The notes: a model not told the origin generated them from the sequence alone. Counted from the stretch's first letter, positions 19,539 to 32,502 are shown. The stretch is 64,000 nucleotides of DNA from an uncultured virus (IMG/VR IMGVR_UViG_3300001682_000284) (IMGVR_UViG_3300001682_000284); one strand, 5' to 3'. Made by a program: numbers and translations.

Positions 19539-20542
19539 TATATTGTTAATTCGTAATCTTCGGCTAATTCAGCCATTTCCCTATTATACATGGAAACGAC
19601 TACTAGTAAATATGCCCTCTTAATTGATTCATAATCGGCAGTTTTAGGGAGAGTATGCACCTTCTCCAATTCAGAAAGTCTTTCCTTGTATTCGTTTACA
19701 ATCTCAGGAACATCCTCAACGGGAGTGTTTCCAAGTTTAATGGACATGATGTCATCATATGCTTGCCCTTTAAATGGAAATTCAATCTTGCCCGCTGTAA
19801 GTAATTGATATCCCTCCTCTAATAAACGGATAGTGTGGGACATGAACTTTGGCTCATATTTATTAATAAAGATACCTTCAATTCTATGTGAGGCTCTTGA
19901 AAATCTATCTTCAATTCGAGCAATTGCTTCTTTAATTGTAATGCCAGATGGAAACTTCATATCACCAATTTCGTATACAATGTCTACAGGATTTTGATTT
20001 GCTTGACCTTTAAATAGTTCAGGGTCTAGATGGAGAACAGCTTCTCGCATTTTAGCTTGCTTTGTTTTGAGCTTGGCTACTCTCTTTAGTGAGTTCAAAC
20101 CTGCATTTAGTAAGACATAATTCTCAGACTTAGTATAAGACTTCTGCTCTTGAGACTTAGCGTAGCCAATGAATCTGTCGATTAATTTGGCATTAACAAA
20201 CATTTCAGGATGGTCAAGGATAAGAGATTTAAAGTCAGGGTCTACATATTCAATGCAATCCTCTGGCGCAAACAGCATTTCGAGTACATTGGGATTATTG
20301 TCAGCACACAGTTTAATGAACTTTTTCAGATGAAAATACTTCTCATCTACGGCATCCTTATCGTTCTTTCCATTCTCTTTCTTGGATTTAATGGACGTAT
20401 CCATTTCGTCCTTAGTATTGAAAGGGTCTATAAAGTCTTCAAAGGTATCTTCTATGTATACTCCCACATAGTCCAAGTCGGAAGTGGGAGTATTAAGTCC
20501 GTAAAGGTGTGAACCTGATTTAATTTTAAACAAAACCTTCAT
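19535..20542 (-). CDS. Pol-beta-like nucleotidyltransferase (RNA-repair-associated Nuc-transf family); TAG-free
   Basis: SGSHLYGLNTPTSDLDYVGVY, NPNVLEMLF, GYA, HTIRLL. Confidence 0.88.
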   Translation of the reverse strand: MKVLFKIKSGSHLYGLNTPTSDLDYVGVYIEDTFEDFIDPFNTKDEMDTSIKSKKENGKNDKDAVDEKYFHLKKFIKLCADNNPNVLEMLFAPEDCIEYVDPDFKSLILDHPEMFVNAKLIDRFIGYAKSQEQKSYTKSENYVLLNAGLNSLKRVAKLKTKQAKMREAVLHLDPELFKGQANQNPVDIVYEIGDMKFPSGITIKEAIARIEDRFSRASHRIEGIFINKYEPKFMSHTIRLLEEGYQLLTAGKIEFPFKGQAYDDIMSIKLGNTPVEDVPEIVNEYKERLSELEKVHTLPKTADYESIKRAYLLVVVSMYNREMAELAEDYELTIY

Positions 20543-20598
20543 GCTAATTCCTTATTTTTAGATATAGTTATTATAACTGATTTTTGAAAAAATGGTGG

Positions 20599-21561
20599 TC
20601 ACTTTTTAATCTTGTAATACCTACGTTTTAGAGGTGTAGTTGCGAATTTAACCCTGTAGTATTTACTAAACTCACAAAAGCAGTTCTGGATGTTAGAAAG
20701 TGACAAATATCTCTTATCCTATGGTAAATCACACATTAATTCTTGCAAACTCACACCGTAATAATTCGTTAGCCAAGTGTTTAAATTCTCTTCAACGAAA
20801 TGTATGAACAAATATCTTTTGGTTACGGGAATCTTCGGACAAACGATGTCTACTCCCCTCAAAGCTCCCTCTCCCAGATGTACGAAGTCATTCTCCGTGA
20901 GTTTTGTCTAGGGACAATAAGTTAAATCTACATATATCTGGTAAGCCAAAAATGGTCCAATTCCCTTGATGGATAAAATCTCATCAAAGACTTTTGTTCT
21001 ATTATCATTTAATATGTGCTATACGATTGTCTAAATATTCTACTTATAGCATTTCCAAACGATATAGAATGGTCTTAGATTGGGTGGAATGCTCTAGGCA
21101 AAGGTATCGTGTGCCCTGACTGCTCCACTATGCATGTATGCGGGTCTATATAGAATTTCATCTGTGGCTATATTTTCTATGTGATAATTTAAGAATTCGT
21201 TGAAGTCTTCATTCTTAATAAATGACTACCTTATGGGAAGTTTAATTAGCTTATACTTTGATGGTTCATTAAAGATTCTAAATATAATGAGGTTAATTAC
21301 CTTCTATTTGAGAGTCAATTCCTTGTTTAAGCATATCTCATTAAGGGCGAACTTCGTAACAGTGTCCTAAATTCGTCTTACATTTGTAAAGGAATAGGAT
21401 TTAAGAATTTCATCTTCCGTCCACGGATAAGGTTTGCCCTCAACATCCTTTAATAAGTGAATCTTGTATCTCTATATAATCCAATAAAGAAATAGCTTAA
21501 GATTCTCCTCATTCAAATTCTAATCTATAATAGGTTTAATCCTTTCATAGATTTCACTCAT
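20599..21561 (-). CDS. alpha-glutamyl/putrescinyl thymine pyrophosphorylase clade 1-like (5hmU DNA kinase family)
   Basis: PYPWTEDEILKSYSFTNVRR, IIFRIFN, GIGPFLAYQICVD, QNCFCEFSKY. Confidence 0.8.
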
Positions 21562-22093
21562 TTATCAATTCCTTTAATTTCTATTTTAATTGATCATAGG
21601 CTTTGATATCGTCGCAACAGACATTAATAACATTCAATCCTAATTGTTCTGCATATCTTGCAATTCTAGCTGAACCAGCGGATTTAGTTATAAGATTCTG
21701 AGTTCTTTTGAGATTCTTGGGCTTACCCTTACTTCTATGAAAAACTCTTTCCTATAATGTATCCAAGGAACAGAACAGATGTATTATAGTAATATCTCTA
21801 TGAAATTTCTTTTGTAGTTCTAAAAAATAGTCAATATTTATAAGGGATAGAACTATCATACCCTACATTAAAACTATATCCTTATCACCCATCCAAATCT
21901 TTTTTAATACATCTCTTCTTTCATTATTTGTGGCTCTCATAGGGTCTGCACCTCCAGTGTAGACTCCCTATACCTATTTCTTTTTATATTCTCCTACAGC
22001 CTACGAACTTTTAAATGTATCTAAAATCCATCCAGCTGTAGAACTTTTACCGGTAGCGTTAGCTCCTATTAAGTGTATAAAGTGTTTCTTCAT
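21554..22093 (-). CDS. P-loop nucleotide kinase (hypermodification cluster)
   Basis: GANATGKSS, YTGGAD, VLM*G. Confidence 0.8.
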
Positions 22094-23115
22094 TTAGCCC
22101 AATCCTTGCATGGGGGTTTGTGCACCAGAGTCATATCTTCCAATGGTTGATCATCGCTCCACCATCCCACATCCTATTTTGTTATATAGCCTGTTTTAAT
22201 TAGGTTTTTAATGTTTTCTAAGGCAATCTTTCTCTTCTTGGTTCCGTAAACATCTGTATGTCTTCCGGTTAACTTGAATATCTTGAACATTTCAAGGTTA
22301 AAGGGTAAAGGTTTAGGGAATTTCAACCAAGGATTCTCTTCTATTATTTCTATGGGACTCTTGCCCGTATTAAGCATTGCATCTACTAATTCCTGACAAT
22401 AGAAGGTACAACTTCTAATTTCATCTAAATCTAGCGTTGGTTGAAAGTGCCTGAATTCTATTGTATTTGTTTGATCAAATAATTGCATAAAATTGACATG
22501 CAATCTACGGCACAATGAGTATATAGGTTTACCAGTAATTTTATTTCTGTTAAATCTAGACATGTAGAACTATTGAGGATCTTTTGATTTCATTGTAAAA
22601 TTATATTTATCCTAACTTAATTGAAATACAAAGCTATTCTAAAATCTATATGCTTCTTGTGCTAATTTGTAATCCTATTCGTTAGGAAACTATATTCTAG
22701 TGGGTTTTGGAAACACACTAAATGATAAATCCGCTATTTCCCTTTGCCACTTGTAGAAATAAGTCCATGCCTTTTTCAGGTATTCTATATCCTAAACAAG
22801 ACCTGGAACTCTTACATGAACATGGTGGAAACAGGAATAATTGATTGATAATTTACCCTGTTCTCTTAAAACCTTAAATATCTTATCACATTCCTGAACT
22901 TGCCCCTAGATTGTAGGAGTGGGTTTAACATTAACTTCTCCACCATATCTATTTAATATTTTCCAAGGATCATTTCCTATTCCATTGCTATTAGTTATAT
23001 CTACTTCTTTAGGGTTCCACTTATTTCCCTATGGTAATATAATTTTGGTATCAACATCTGCTAATTCCAACTCCGTTCCATAATCAAATGTCTATTTAGG
23101 ATATTTGTGATCCAT
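22090..23115 (-). CDS. Putative amidoligase (COOH-NH2 ligase)
   Basis: YGTELELAD, GGEVNVKPT, HHVHVRVPG, TIEFRHF. Confidence 0.8.
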
Positions 23116-23121
23116 CCGAGA

Positions 23122-23706
23122 TTATCCTCTCTAAGTTATTAATTCAACTATTTTCTGTCTAAAGACAGGGAAATCCTACTTGTTAGTAGTGTCATATTCG
23201 TGAATCTACAATTCTGTGCTATCTCTGAATTTAGCTAAATCTTGAACTGCGGATCTTGTTCTAATGCCCAATCTTTTTACTCTTACATCGGTAAGTTCTT
23301 TTCCACCACTTCTTTCAGTGATACGAACTCCCAGCTCTTCGATAGTGGCGTAGAGATGAATAACTAAAACTATTCTATCCTTCATCTTTTTCATATCGAT
23401 ATAATGCTGTAATTGCTTATGTCCGCTAAGGAACATCCCTTCACCAATGACTACATCAGCATCGGACATCCATTTCTATGTAATTAATGCCATTCTTTCG
23501 GCATCGTTCATACTAGCCTTTCTCTCTTTGGAATGGAGGGCATCGGCTCCACCAGTATGGTATGATCTACCATTTCTTATTCTGTATGTTCCTACAGTTT
23601 CTACTGTAATTCCATGTTTAGGGAGCTATTCCGATAGCCAACCTGCTGTTGAACTCTTGCCTGTTGCATTAGCTCCAAAAAAAGTGATGTAATACTTGCT
23701 TTTCAT
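23122..23706 (-). CDS. P-loop nucleotide kinase, paralog of 21554..22093
   Basis: GANATGKSS, HTGGADAL, VIGEG. Confidence 0.8.
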
Positions 23707-24764
23707 TTTGATTCCTTTTTTATTTTATTCTAGTAAATGTTTCCGATAGTAGGTACTGATACGCTGTGTAAATATGTTAATTCTTGAGGCAAAGAGGGAT
23801 TGAACATATGATCATCCGTAAACCATTTCATTGCTGGTTTTCTAATACCTTTCCAATTTTGTTTTTCACCTAATACTTCGTGAGGGAAGTATTCCTCTCT
23901 AAATTCCCAAAAAATATTCCAATTAATACCTTCCGTGATGTTCTTTTCGCTTGTTATAATCTACTATTGCTGACGATCGATATAGTAACCTAGATACCTT
24001 TTGTTCCAATATAGCTTTTTGTAAGCACATAATACTGTCTATATGTTCCAATATGTTACAGGCAATTCTGGAAGCACTTCCTTAAGATTATCGTAAAGTT
24101 CAACTAAATGAGTTTTTAAAAAGGGATAATCTATTGGTTTCTTAGAAGGTTTATGGTGCATGGTAATCATATCAAGTTCATCAAGAGCATAACATAATCC
24201 GTTTCTGCAACTCTAAGCCTATTTAAGTTCTAATCCTGTTGGATGTATGGGAATTTGAGTTAGTTCAAATACAGCCTATATTAGATTAAACAAACTGAAT
24301 CTTCCATAATAGAATAGCTTGGAAGTTTCTTTGTAAATTTTATTATAGCTTTCAGCCTAATTTCCTTCAATAATTAATTTGTGGTAAAAATTCTATTGGT
24401 TCTAGCCCATTATCTCTTTGTAACTTTTAATCATTTCGGGTACTTTGTTGAAGTTCTTAGCTTTAGCTCTATCCGTTTGGAAGAATAGCTTAGACTTCTT
24501 ATCGTTCCACCAGCGTTGTACTCTTTCTAAGTTTACATTTTCGAAGTCGGGGAATTCATTAAACATATAATAGGCTGTGGGTGCACAATAGGATATACTA
24601 TATAAATACGCCAGCCAATAGCGTTGCTATATGTTTAATTCATGCCTATCTGCAATGTATCTTAAAGAAGGATATGCTGGATCGCAGTCCCCTATGTACA
24701 TCATCAAGGCATAGTAGTTGATAAAATCCTGTTTACGATTTCCAGTAACCTTGAATTCATTCAT
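23703..24764 (-). CDS. alpha-glutamyl/putrescinyl thymine pyrophosphorylase clade 2-like (amino acid:DNA transferase)
   Basis: DCDPAY, LNI*QRYWLAYLY, FQTDR, YYGRFSLF, CRNGLC, NI*TVLCAYKK, RYLGYYIDRQ. Confidence 0.8.
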
Positions 24765-25396
24765 ATTATCTCCTAAATCTTAAAGGATTCAACCATAGTT
24801 AAGTTTTTAACTAGTGATGGACTTATTCTAGCTATAGGATCTACTGCTGAAATAAACATTTCTAAATCCCCATCCTAATAGTGGTAGAGGGGTCGTTTGT
24901 TATTTCTAAATCCTAGTAACTTATCGGGTGTCAACATACATGCAGCAAGACTCCAATTAGGATATCTTTTCAATAAATCCAATATGGAGTGTCCCTATTC
25001 CATTAACTTTAATAGTATTTGAACATCGTTATCATTGCTAGCATCAATATCGTATAGTCTATGCCAATTAGAGGAATCACTCTGTTCCAACACTCCATTA
25101 AAGGAAATGTACCCTAATTTCTCATCGCCTTGTGGTAAATTGTTATCCATATCATCATAGTTTCCACTAGTGGAGTACCTATTATGGAATAGAATCTTTG
25201 CACTGGGGACACAAACTATCTTTAGATATTCCTATATCTAATCCAAATCAAACGTCTTATAAAGATCATATTTACCATTAATTAATGATACTATCCCATA
25301 CGCATGCGTTCCTCTTATATTAAGAGTCTCAATAGCTCTTGACAATACCTAATATCCCTATGATCTTTTAACTTTTGCTCCAATTATGCCACACAT
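24761..25396 (-). CDS. Class II (Ntn) glutamine amidotransferase
   Basis: N-terminal MCGIIG, RGTHAYG, HNRYSTSG, FNG, RPLY. Confidence 0.85.
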
Positions 25397-25809
25397 TAAA
25401 TCTCCTATTTAGTAACCTAGTATTTTACATCTTTAATCTTTCTGTAGCAATTCAATATCATTTGCTTTAACTGCTTTTGAGGATCATTTTTAGATCTCTT
25501 GTATTTCAACCATTTAATCTTGTCTTCTGTGAAGGGAAAATAGATTTGAACTATATTTGGTTCAATTTGCTTGATATCGAATATTTCATAAGATTCAAGC
25601 ATATCCATTAATCCATGAATATCTTCCTATTTTGTTCCAAACGCAAAACTGATATAAGTTGGTCGAACTTTACAACCAAAATTAGAAAGTTGATACACCA
25701 TCTAATCGTGATCAATATTATAACCACCGAACTTATTCAAGTATGCGTTTAAGAAGAAATTGTAAAACTTCAACTTATATTTGGAGGAAATACGTTCATA
25801 ATCAGTCAT
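25396..25809 (-). CDS. Hypothetical protein (TAG-recoded)
   Basis: Extends ORF 25417..25608 both ways; TAATG coupling to the GATase gene. Confidence 0.6.
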
Positions 25810-26038
25810 GAAGAACCATCTTTTGATAAGATTTACTTTTAATGTTTTCTGTTAGATATTTACCTTTGGATTCTGCTTCCGTTAAAGCCTTCCATTCTGA
25901 GGGAGTTACTTGCTTGTATCGATATTGATCTCCACCCTTGTACTAAACAATAAGTTCCTGTTTTTCTTCAGAATACCACAAAGTTTGAATTGCGGAACTC
26001 TAAAAGCTGTCGAATTTAACAAAGTTAGTTTCGTTCAT
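25802..26038 (-). CDS. KTSC-domain protein
   Basis: SSAIQTLWY...LIV*YKGGDQYRY..V....W..L..AESKGKYL..NIK. Confidence 0.85.
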
Positions 26039-26059
26039 TTTTGATCTCCTTGGTTGTTT

Positions 26060-26155
26060 AAAATATTGTAACTCATTTTTGAAAAAACCTTGCACAATTT
26101 TTGCTTCATATTCCAAAAATTTATTTGGGTATTTTTTCTAAATTGGTTATAATTA
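26060..26155. promoter_or_regulatory. Divergent promoter pair at the strand switch
   Basis: Minus TTTTTCAAAAATGAGTTACAAT and plus TTTTTCTAAATTGGTTATAAT. Confidence 0.6.
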
Positions 26156-26211
26156 TTAATGGGTTGTCAAAAGGAAACCCGAAAATAAATTGCTCATAGG
26201 AGGATTTTAGC

Positions 26212-26724
26212 ATGTCTAAAAATGAAAACAAAAACTTAGTCCCAAGGCTTTACAGTCCATTTGTCTTAAGAAGAAATCTCGAATCTCCATTCGACGATAT
26301 GATTGACAACATGTTTAATGAGTTTTTTAACAAATTTATCCCATCAAAATCAGATTCCTTTAGTACTTTTCAAGGAAGTTATCCAAAATGTGATATTAAG
26401 GATTATCCGCAAAAATATCAAATATAGATGGAAATTCCTGGTATGAGTAAAGAGGACATTAAACTCGAATACAACAAGCAAGATCAAACATTAACAATTA
26501 GTGGGAAGAAACGATTAGAAAATAAGTAGTAGAATGTTAATTACTTACGTAAATAGCTTAAAAAATCTGAATTTATAAGAACATTTTATATCGCAAGTGA
26601 TTAGATTGAAGATGAATTTTATGCCTCATTTGAAAACGGAATATTAATAATTGACATTACAAAGAAAATTAATAAACCTTTAGAAGAATAGACAAAAAAA
26701 TCAAAAGAAATTCCTATCAACTAA
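26212..26724 (+). CDS. Small heat-shock protein (Hsp20)
   Basis: YPKCDI, I*MEIPG, LTISG, YLRK*L...FIRTF, ASFENGILII. Confidence 0.88.
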
Positions 26725-26798
26725 AAATAAGAAATGAAGTAATTATAGGCTGGTGAGAGAACTTCCGCCAGCCTAATTATTTATAAGGAGAATAAAGT

Positions 26799-27701
26799 AT
26801 GTCAGATCAAGACAACATTAAAAACGCAGGTTCCAGGGAAGACTTAGGAACAAAGAATTATGGCGATTTATTAACCACCAACAAGGGCATTTCCATGAAG
26901 GAAATACTTACTGATGGCGGTATTGCAGTTTCTAAATTGGAGGCAACCTCTAATTAGATGTTTGAAGTCGTTGATTTACCTTCTAAAGGATGGACTTATC
27001 CTGAGAATTCAGTATTAGCTTCAGGAAGAGTTAAAATCAAGATACCTACAGGTAGAAATTAGGCAATATTGAGTTCACAGAACTTGATAAGAAAGGGTAT
27101 TATGATAGATGAATTTCTCAAATCCCTTATCTTAGAAAACTACAAATTATAGGACTTATTAACAGGCGATAAAAACTATTTAATATTTGCTTCCAGAAGA
27201 ATGACTTATGGCAATAAATATGAAGTCAAAGTTGAATGTCCTAAGTGCAATCACGAATCAGATACTACATTTGATTTAGCAGTAATAACACCTAAAGAAA
27301 CCCCAGAATTATTCAATTATCCAAGAGAACAGGATGAATTCGAATTCGAAATGCCTATTAGCAAAAAACAAGTTAAGTTCCGCTTAAATAATGGACATAC
27401 AGAAAATTTAATGGACAAGAGAATGAAGACTAACAAGTATCCTGATCTATAGATTCTAATTAGAACTGCTTGTTTAATCAAAGAAATTGATGGGAAGACT
27501 TAGTTTGTAGACATCCTTAATGAATTACAAGATATATCAGCTAAGGATACTTTTGCATTAAGATCACATATTCAAACGCTTTCACCAGATATTAACATTA
27601 GAAGAATCCATGAATGCCCTAACTGTTACAGGGAACAGGAGGTGACGATACCGATTACGGTGGACTTCTTTTGGCCAAGTAACAAATAGTCAGTATTATA
27701 A
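26799..27701 (+). CDS. T4 gp26-like baseplate hub assembly / tail assembly chaperone
   Basis: VDLPSKGWTY, DLLTGD, R.MTYG, CPKC, CPNC, FFWP. Confidence 0.8.
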
Positions 27702-27720
27702 AGTAATCTCCGATAATGTT

Positions 27721-27897
27721 ATGTATCTTGCTTTAATGGCACAGGGAGCGATTTCCGTGAACGAATTAATGGATTTACCAGTGCCATTAAGGTAGAGATA
27801 TTCAAAAATAATCCAAGATTGGCATAAACAAGTAATGAAAATGTATCAACAAATGATGAAGTCTGGTCAATTTAAATGTCCATTCTTTGGAAAATAA
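27721..27897 (+). CDS. Small gp51-like / tail-chaperone extension ORF
   Basis: ISVNELMDLPVPLR motif; lies between the gp26-like gene and the tape measure gene. Confidence 0.55.
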
Positions 27898-27911
27898 GGA
27901 GACTCTTATAA

Positions 27912-28124
27912 ATGAATCAAAAAGAATTATTAACAGAAAGTACAATAGCGACAGTAATGGCTGGTATATTCCAAGCGTTAGGTGTTGATAAAGCTATTGC
28001 TGCACAAGTTATTAATGATCCTATAGTTAAAAAGGAAATTCAAAACTTGAAAAGATCTATGGAAGTGATCGCTGATGCAGGGGAAAGGCTCAAAAAGATT
28101 AGATCTCATAACAATATATTTTAA
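27912..28124 (+). CDS. Hypothetical protein
   Basis: AGGAG RBS; MNQKELLTES leader. Confidence 0.7.
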   Translation: MNQKELLTESTIATVMAGIFQALGVDKAIAAQVINDPIVKKEIQNLKRSMEVIADAGERLKKIRSHNNIF

Positions 28125-28154
28125 TTAGCGAATCTCTTAAGGAATTGAATATGA

Positions 28155-31100
28155 ATGGCAAAGGATAAAGACTTAGATCTAGAGTTAAGAGCTGAAGAAT
28201 TAGCATAGCAGTTAATATAGGTTAAATAGAGAACCAAAGAAGTTACAGAATAGTTCGAAAATGCAACAAAAATTGCTGACGATCTAGTTGAGAAGATACG
28301 TGAAGGTTCTGATTAGATAGATGATATATCTGCTGGAACATTACGTTGGAAAGTTGGTCTTTAGAAATTAACTAAACAAATAGGGTTCATTAACGACTAG
28401 GTTGTAGATCATTCTAAACATTTAATTCAAATAAAGCAAGAGTATTCTAAACTTGGTGATACAGCCAAAAAGTGGTTGACTTCCGTTAACTTTGGAGATA
28501 TTGTAGAGGGTTACAAAACTTCCCTTACTTAGTTTAGAGGTATGTTCTTTTCATCTTTTGCAAAAATGTCTCAAGTAGCATTAAATTTGGGGAAAAACTT
28601 TACTGAGTTAGGTCAACAGGGATTCAGTAATGCCACAAATGATTTAACGTCATTAGACTAGGCATTACAACAAACAGCTCAAGATTATTCTTTAATGGTA
28701 ACTAAAATCTAGTGGGATTCTGCAATCCTGCAACAGCAACAATTAAGAATTCAGTTAAGAGATATTGCTGATGAAATGGAAACCTTGGATAAAACAAATC
28801 AAGCCGATGTTGAAACTTACATAGAAAAGGTGACCATTACTAAGCAGTTGTAGAAATAGTTATAGAAGCAAAATAAAATAGTTCAATATGGTAGACTAGT
28901 TACAGATCAAATTAAAGAAGATGCTAAATAGCAATTGCAAATATTACAAAATCAAAGACAAGTAATGTATGATATGAACAAGTTACAGACAACTCTAAAT
29001 GAGAAATTGAAGCCTTATATGGATAAACTTGATTAGATGAGTGACATATTAGATAGTGCTAAACAGGGCTTTGCAGATTTATTTTAGGTTGTAGGATTTG
29101 ATTTAACTGGTATCAGTTAGATGATGAGACAAATAGACTTTAAGAAAGTTCTATAGCCCATGAAAAAGATGATAAGCGTTACTACTATGCAATTTTCTTT
29201 AGGATTTAAATCTATAAGAGAAAAAGGAATAGCATCATTTAAAGATATAGCCAAACATGGGCATACCGCATTCAGAGCGTTAATTGGTGGTATGACTAAA
29301 ATGTTTCTTGGTCTATTTGCTATAATAGGATTAGGGTTTATCGGTGCTATAGGAGCATTTGTTACTGCTGCCACACGAAGAAGTTAGTAGTTAGCACAAG
29401 CATTTAACAGTGCTCAACAATCTGCTGGAGCATTAAGCGGATAGTTGTCTAACTTTAGAGCCATTTATGATACCTTTGGCGGAGAATTAGGCGGATAGAA
29501 AGCATCTTAGTTATACTCCACGATGTTAAAGTTAAGAGATGTTACTGTTGCAACAGCTAAATAGGCACAACTATTATAGAGACATTATGCTGTATCAGTA
29601 ACTGAAAGTTCTGGTATGTTGCAAAATATGCGTCATATAATGGGTCTTACTGAAGAAACTAGCAATAATTTAGCAACAGCCACAGCTCAACTAGCAGTCC
29701 AAATGGGTATTCAACCTCAAAAGATGTTCACACAGCTTTCAAATCTAAGTGCGGATGTAGTTAAGCATTTTGGTGGTTCCACTAAACAATTATACAAGAC
29801 ATTAATATTTGCAAATAGATTGAATCTTACTATGTAGGATATGGCATCTACCGCTTAGGGTCTTATGGACATCTAGAGTTCTATTGCCAATGCTATGGAA
29901 ATTCAGGCATTAACTGGTAAGGAAATTGATATAGGATAGATTTTAAGATTATCTTATGATGGTAAGGAAAACTAGGCAGTTGCATTATATATCAAACAAT
30001 TAGGTTCTTCATTTAACACAAATAATAAGGTATTATTACAATCAATGTCTAAGGGATTAAACATGCCCGTAGACAAAATAAAGAGTGTTGCCCATGAAAT
30101 TCAAAAGAATGGTGGCGACATCATGCAAATGTTAGAATAGTCAAGTATGGCAAGTATGTCTACGGTAGAAGATGCAGCTAAAGGGGCAACTGGAGCTGTA
30201 AAAACCTCAGCTTATTCTATTATAACTCCATTTTAGGCTGTAAATAAGAGAATACAAAACATCATTTTTAGGAATTATCAACCTGTGGTTAACTACATTC
30301 TAAGAAAGGGTAGCTTAATATTAGGATTATTTGAAAAATTTGTTAAATTCACTGCAGATATAACTTTAGCATTTATTAAATTTTTAGAAAGACCATAGGT
30401 TCAACAAGGATTAGTGAAATTTTTCAAGTAGGCTTACAATTTTGGTAAACTATTATACTAGAAGATAGTAGTTCCAATATTTAAGGTACTTTGGAGTGTA
30501 TATCAAAAGGGTGGATTTGTTGGATTATTAGGGTTGTTTGCTTTAGTGAAAGTATTACTAAGTCTTCCTTCAATCATCAAAGGTATGAAGGGTATCTTTG
30601 GCATATTTGGACTAGGTAAGAAAAAGGTTCAAGAAGAAGCAATTCAAACTGTTAAGCCTAAAGGGTCTGGAAAATCTAACTTTAGTAAAATATTTGATGG
30701 TGCCAAAGGACTTGGCAAAATAACAGGTTAGGCATTATCTTAGACATTTGCAGATGAAATCAAACATACACAATCATTTATAGATACCATAAAGTTGAAA
30801 TTAATGTATCTTGGAGATGTTGTGAAATAGAAATTTTCTAAAGTAGGAGAAGTTTTTGCTCCTATGGCAAATAAGGTAAAAGGTGTATTTGATAAGGTTA
30901 AAGAGAGTGCAAGTAAAATTGCTACTCCGTTAATGAATGCGGGTGGTAAAGCCTTGAATTATTTGTCGGAAAAGGCAAGTAAATTCAAAGATTCATTTGT
31001 AGCTAAATTTGCTGAAAAGACAGGAATGTCAATTACTGCAGCACTTAAAAAGGGATTTGCAGGGGTAGCAGATGCTGCAGGTAAATTAGCAAGTTCTGCT

Positions 31101-32489
31101 GGTAGGGGTGCACTTAAGATTGCTAAGGGTGTCGGGAAGGGGTTATTAATTGGAGCTGGAGCATTATTAGCGGGATCAGTTGCAGGTGCTGGAATTAAGG
31201 CTATTGGATAGAAAGCTGGAATTAAGGTGGACCCTGCAGAAAAACTAAAAGAAATGGGAGACAATATGGGCGGAGTTATGGGGTTTCTATTATCCAACTT
31301 TGATAGGCTTCCTTAGATAGTTTCTAATTTTACTAAAAATTTACCAGCAATTATATAGGCTATTGTAGGTGTAATTCAACAAATAGCTAAAGATGCACCT
31401 GTTATATTGGTAAGCATTGTAAGTACCATTAAGTAGAATTTACCTGTATTATTAGGCGGTCTTACTTAGGTGCTAAAGGTTGTATTTACAACATTAGTTC
31501 CTGCTCTCATTAAGGGGTTAGCGGATATTCTTCCAGTTTTAGTTTCAGCACTTCTTGATGTATTTACAGCTATTATCGATGCATTACCTATCGTACTAGA
31601 AGGACTAGTTGGAATGATAGAGCCAATCATAAATGGAATTGTAGGATTATTTCTTGCAATTGTTAATAAATTGCCTCAAATTATACGGAGTATAATTAAA
31701 CTGTTACCAATTATAATCAAAGCTCTAGTAACAGTTATTACTGCGTTAGTTCCTCATTTACCTACTATTGTTAAAGCATTGATATCCGCAACAATAATAC
31801 TTCTGCCTATGTTAATAAAGGAAATAATCAAATTAATTCCCGTTGTAATAGGTGCTCTCGTTACGGTTGTAACTTCAGTTGGAAAGACATTATTAGAAAC
31901 AATAGGAGCAATATTAAAGGGAATATTTGATACTTTGAAATCTCTTGGGTCAGCTATTTGGTAGCCTATTAAGAGGGTTGCTTCAGGAATATGGTAGACA
32001 GTAAAGAATGCTGCAACTGGAATATGGGATGCTATTAAGAATACTGTAATAGGAGTGTGGGATTACATTTTAGGAAAGTTAATGGTAGCATTAATTCCTA
32101 TATTACTATTGTTAGACCATGGGAACAATAATGCTGGCACTATTAACATGGTTAGAAGTGCTAATTAGAAATTAAGTACCTACGGTGGATCGGGATATGG
32201 AATATCTGGTGGGAAGGTTGTTAAATTAGCCGCTGGAGGTATCGTTAATGCTCCTACCTACGCACTTGTTGGTTAGGAAGGACCAGAAGCAGTTATTCCA
32301 TTAAACGAATCACAATATTTTAATAGTCCCGACGTAAAGGAAAATAGCTCCTTTGCAGGAATGCAAGCATTGTTGGAATCTATTCAGGGTATAGCAAATA
32401 AACCTACACAAGTAATACTCAATGTTGATGGAAGAAAGATAGCCGAAGCAGTCGCTAATAATACTACTCCATCATATAATTTAAGTTGA
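28155..32489 (+). CDS. Tail tape-measure protein (1444 aa, TAG-recoded)
   Basis: Long helical/hydrophobic repeats, LAAGGIV.APT.ALVG*EGPEAVIPL, LNVDGRKIA. Confidence 0.9.
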
Positions 32490-32502
32490 TAAGGAATAGA
32501 TT

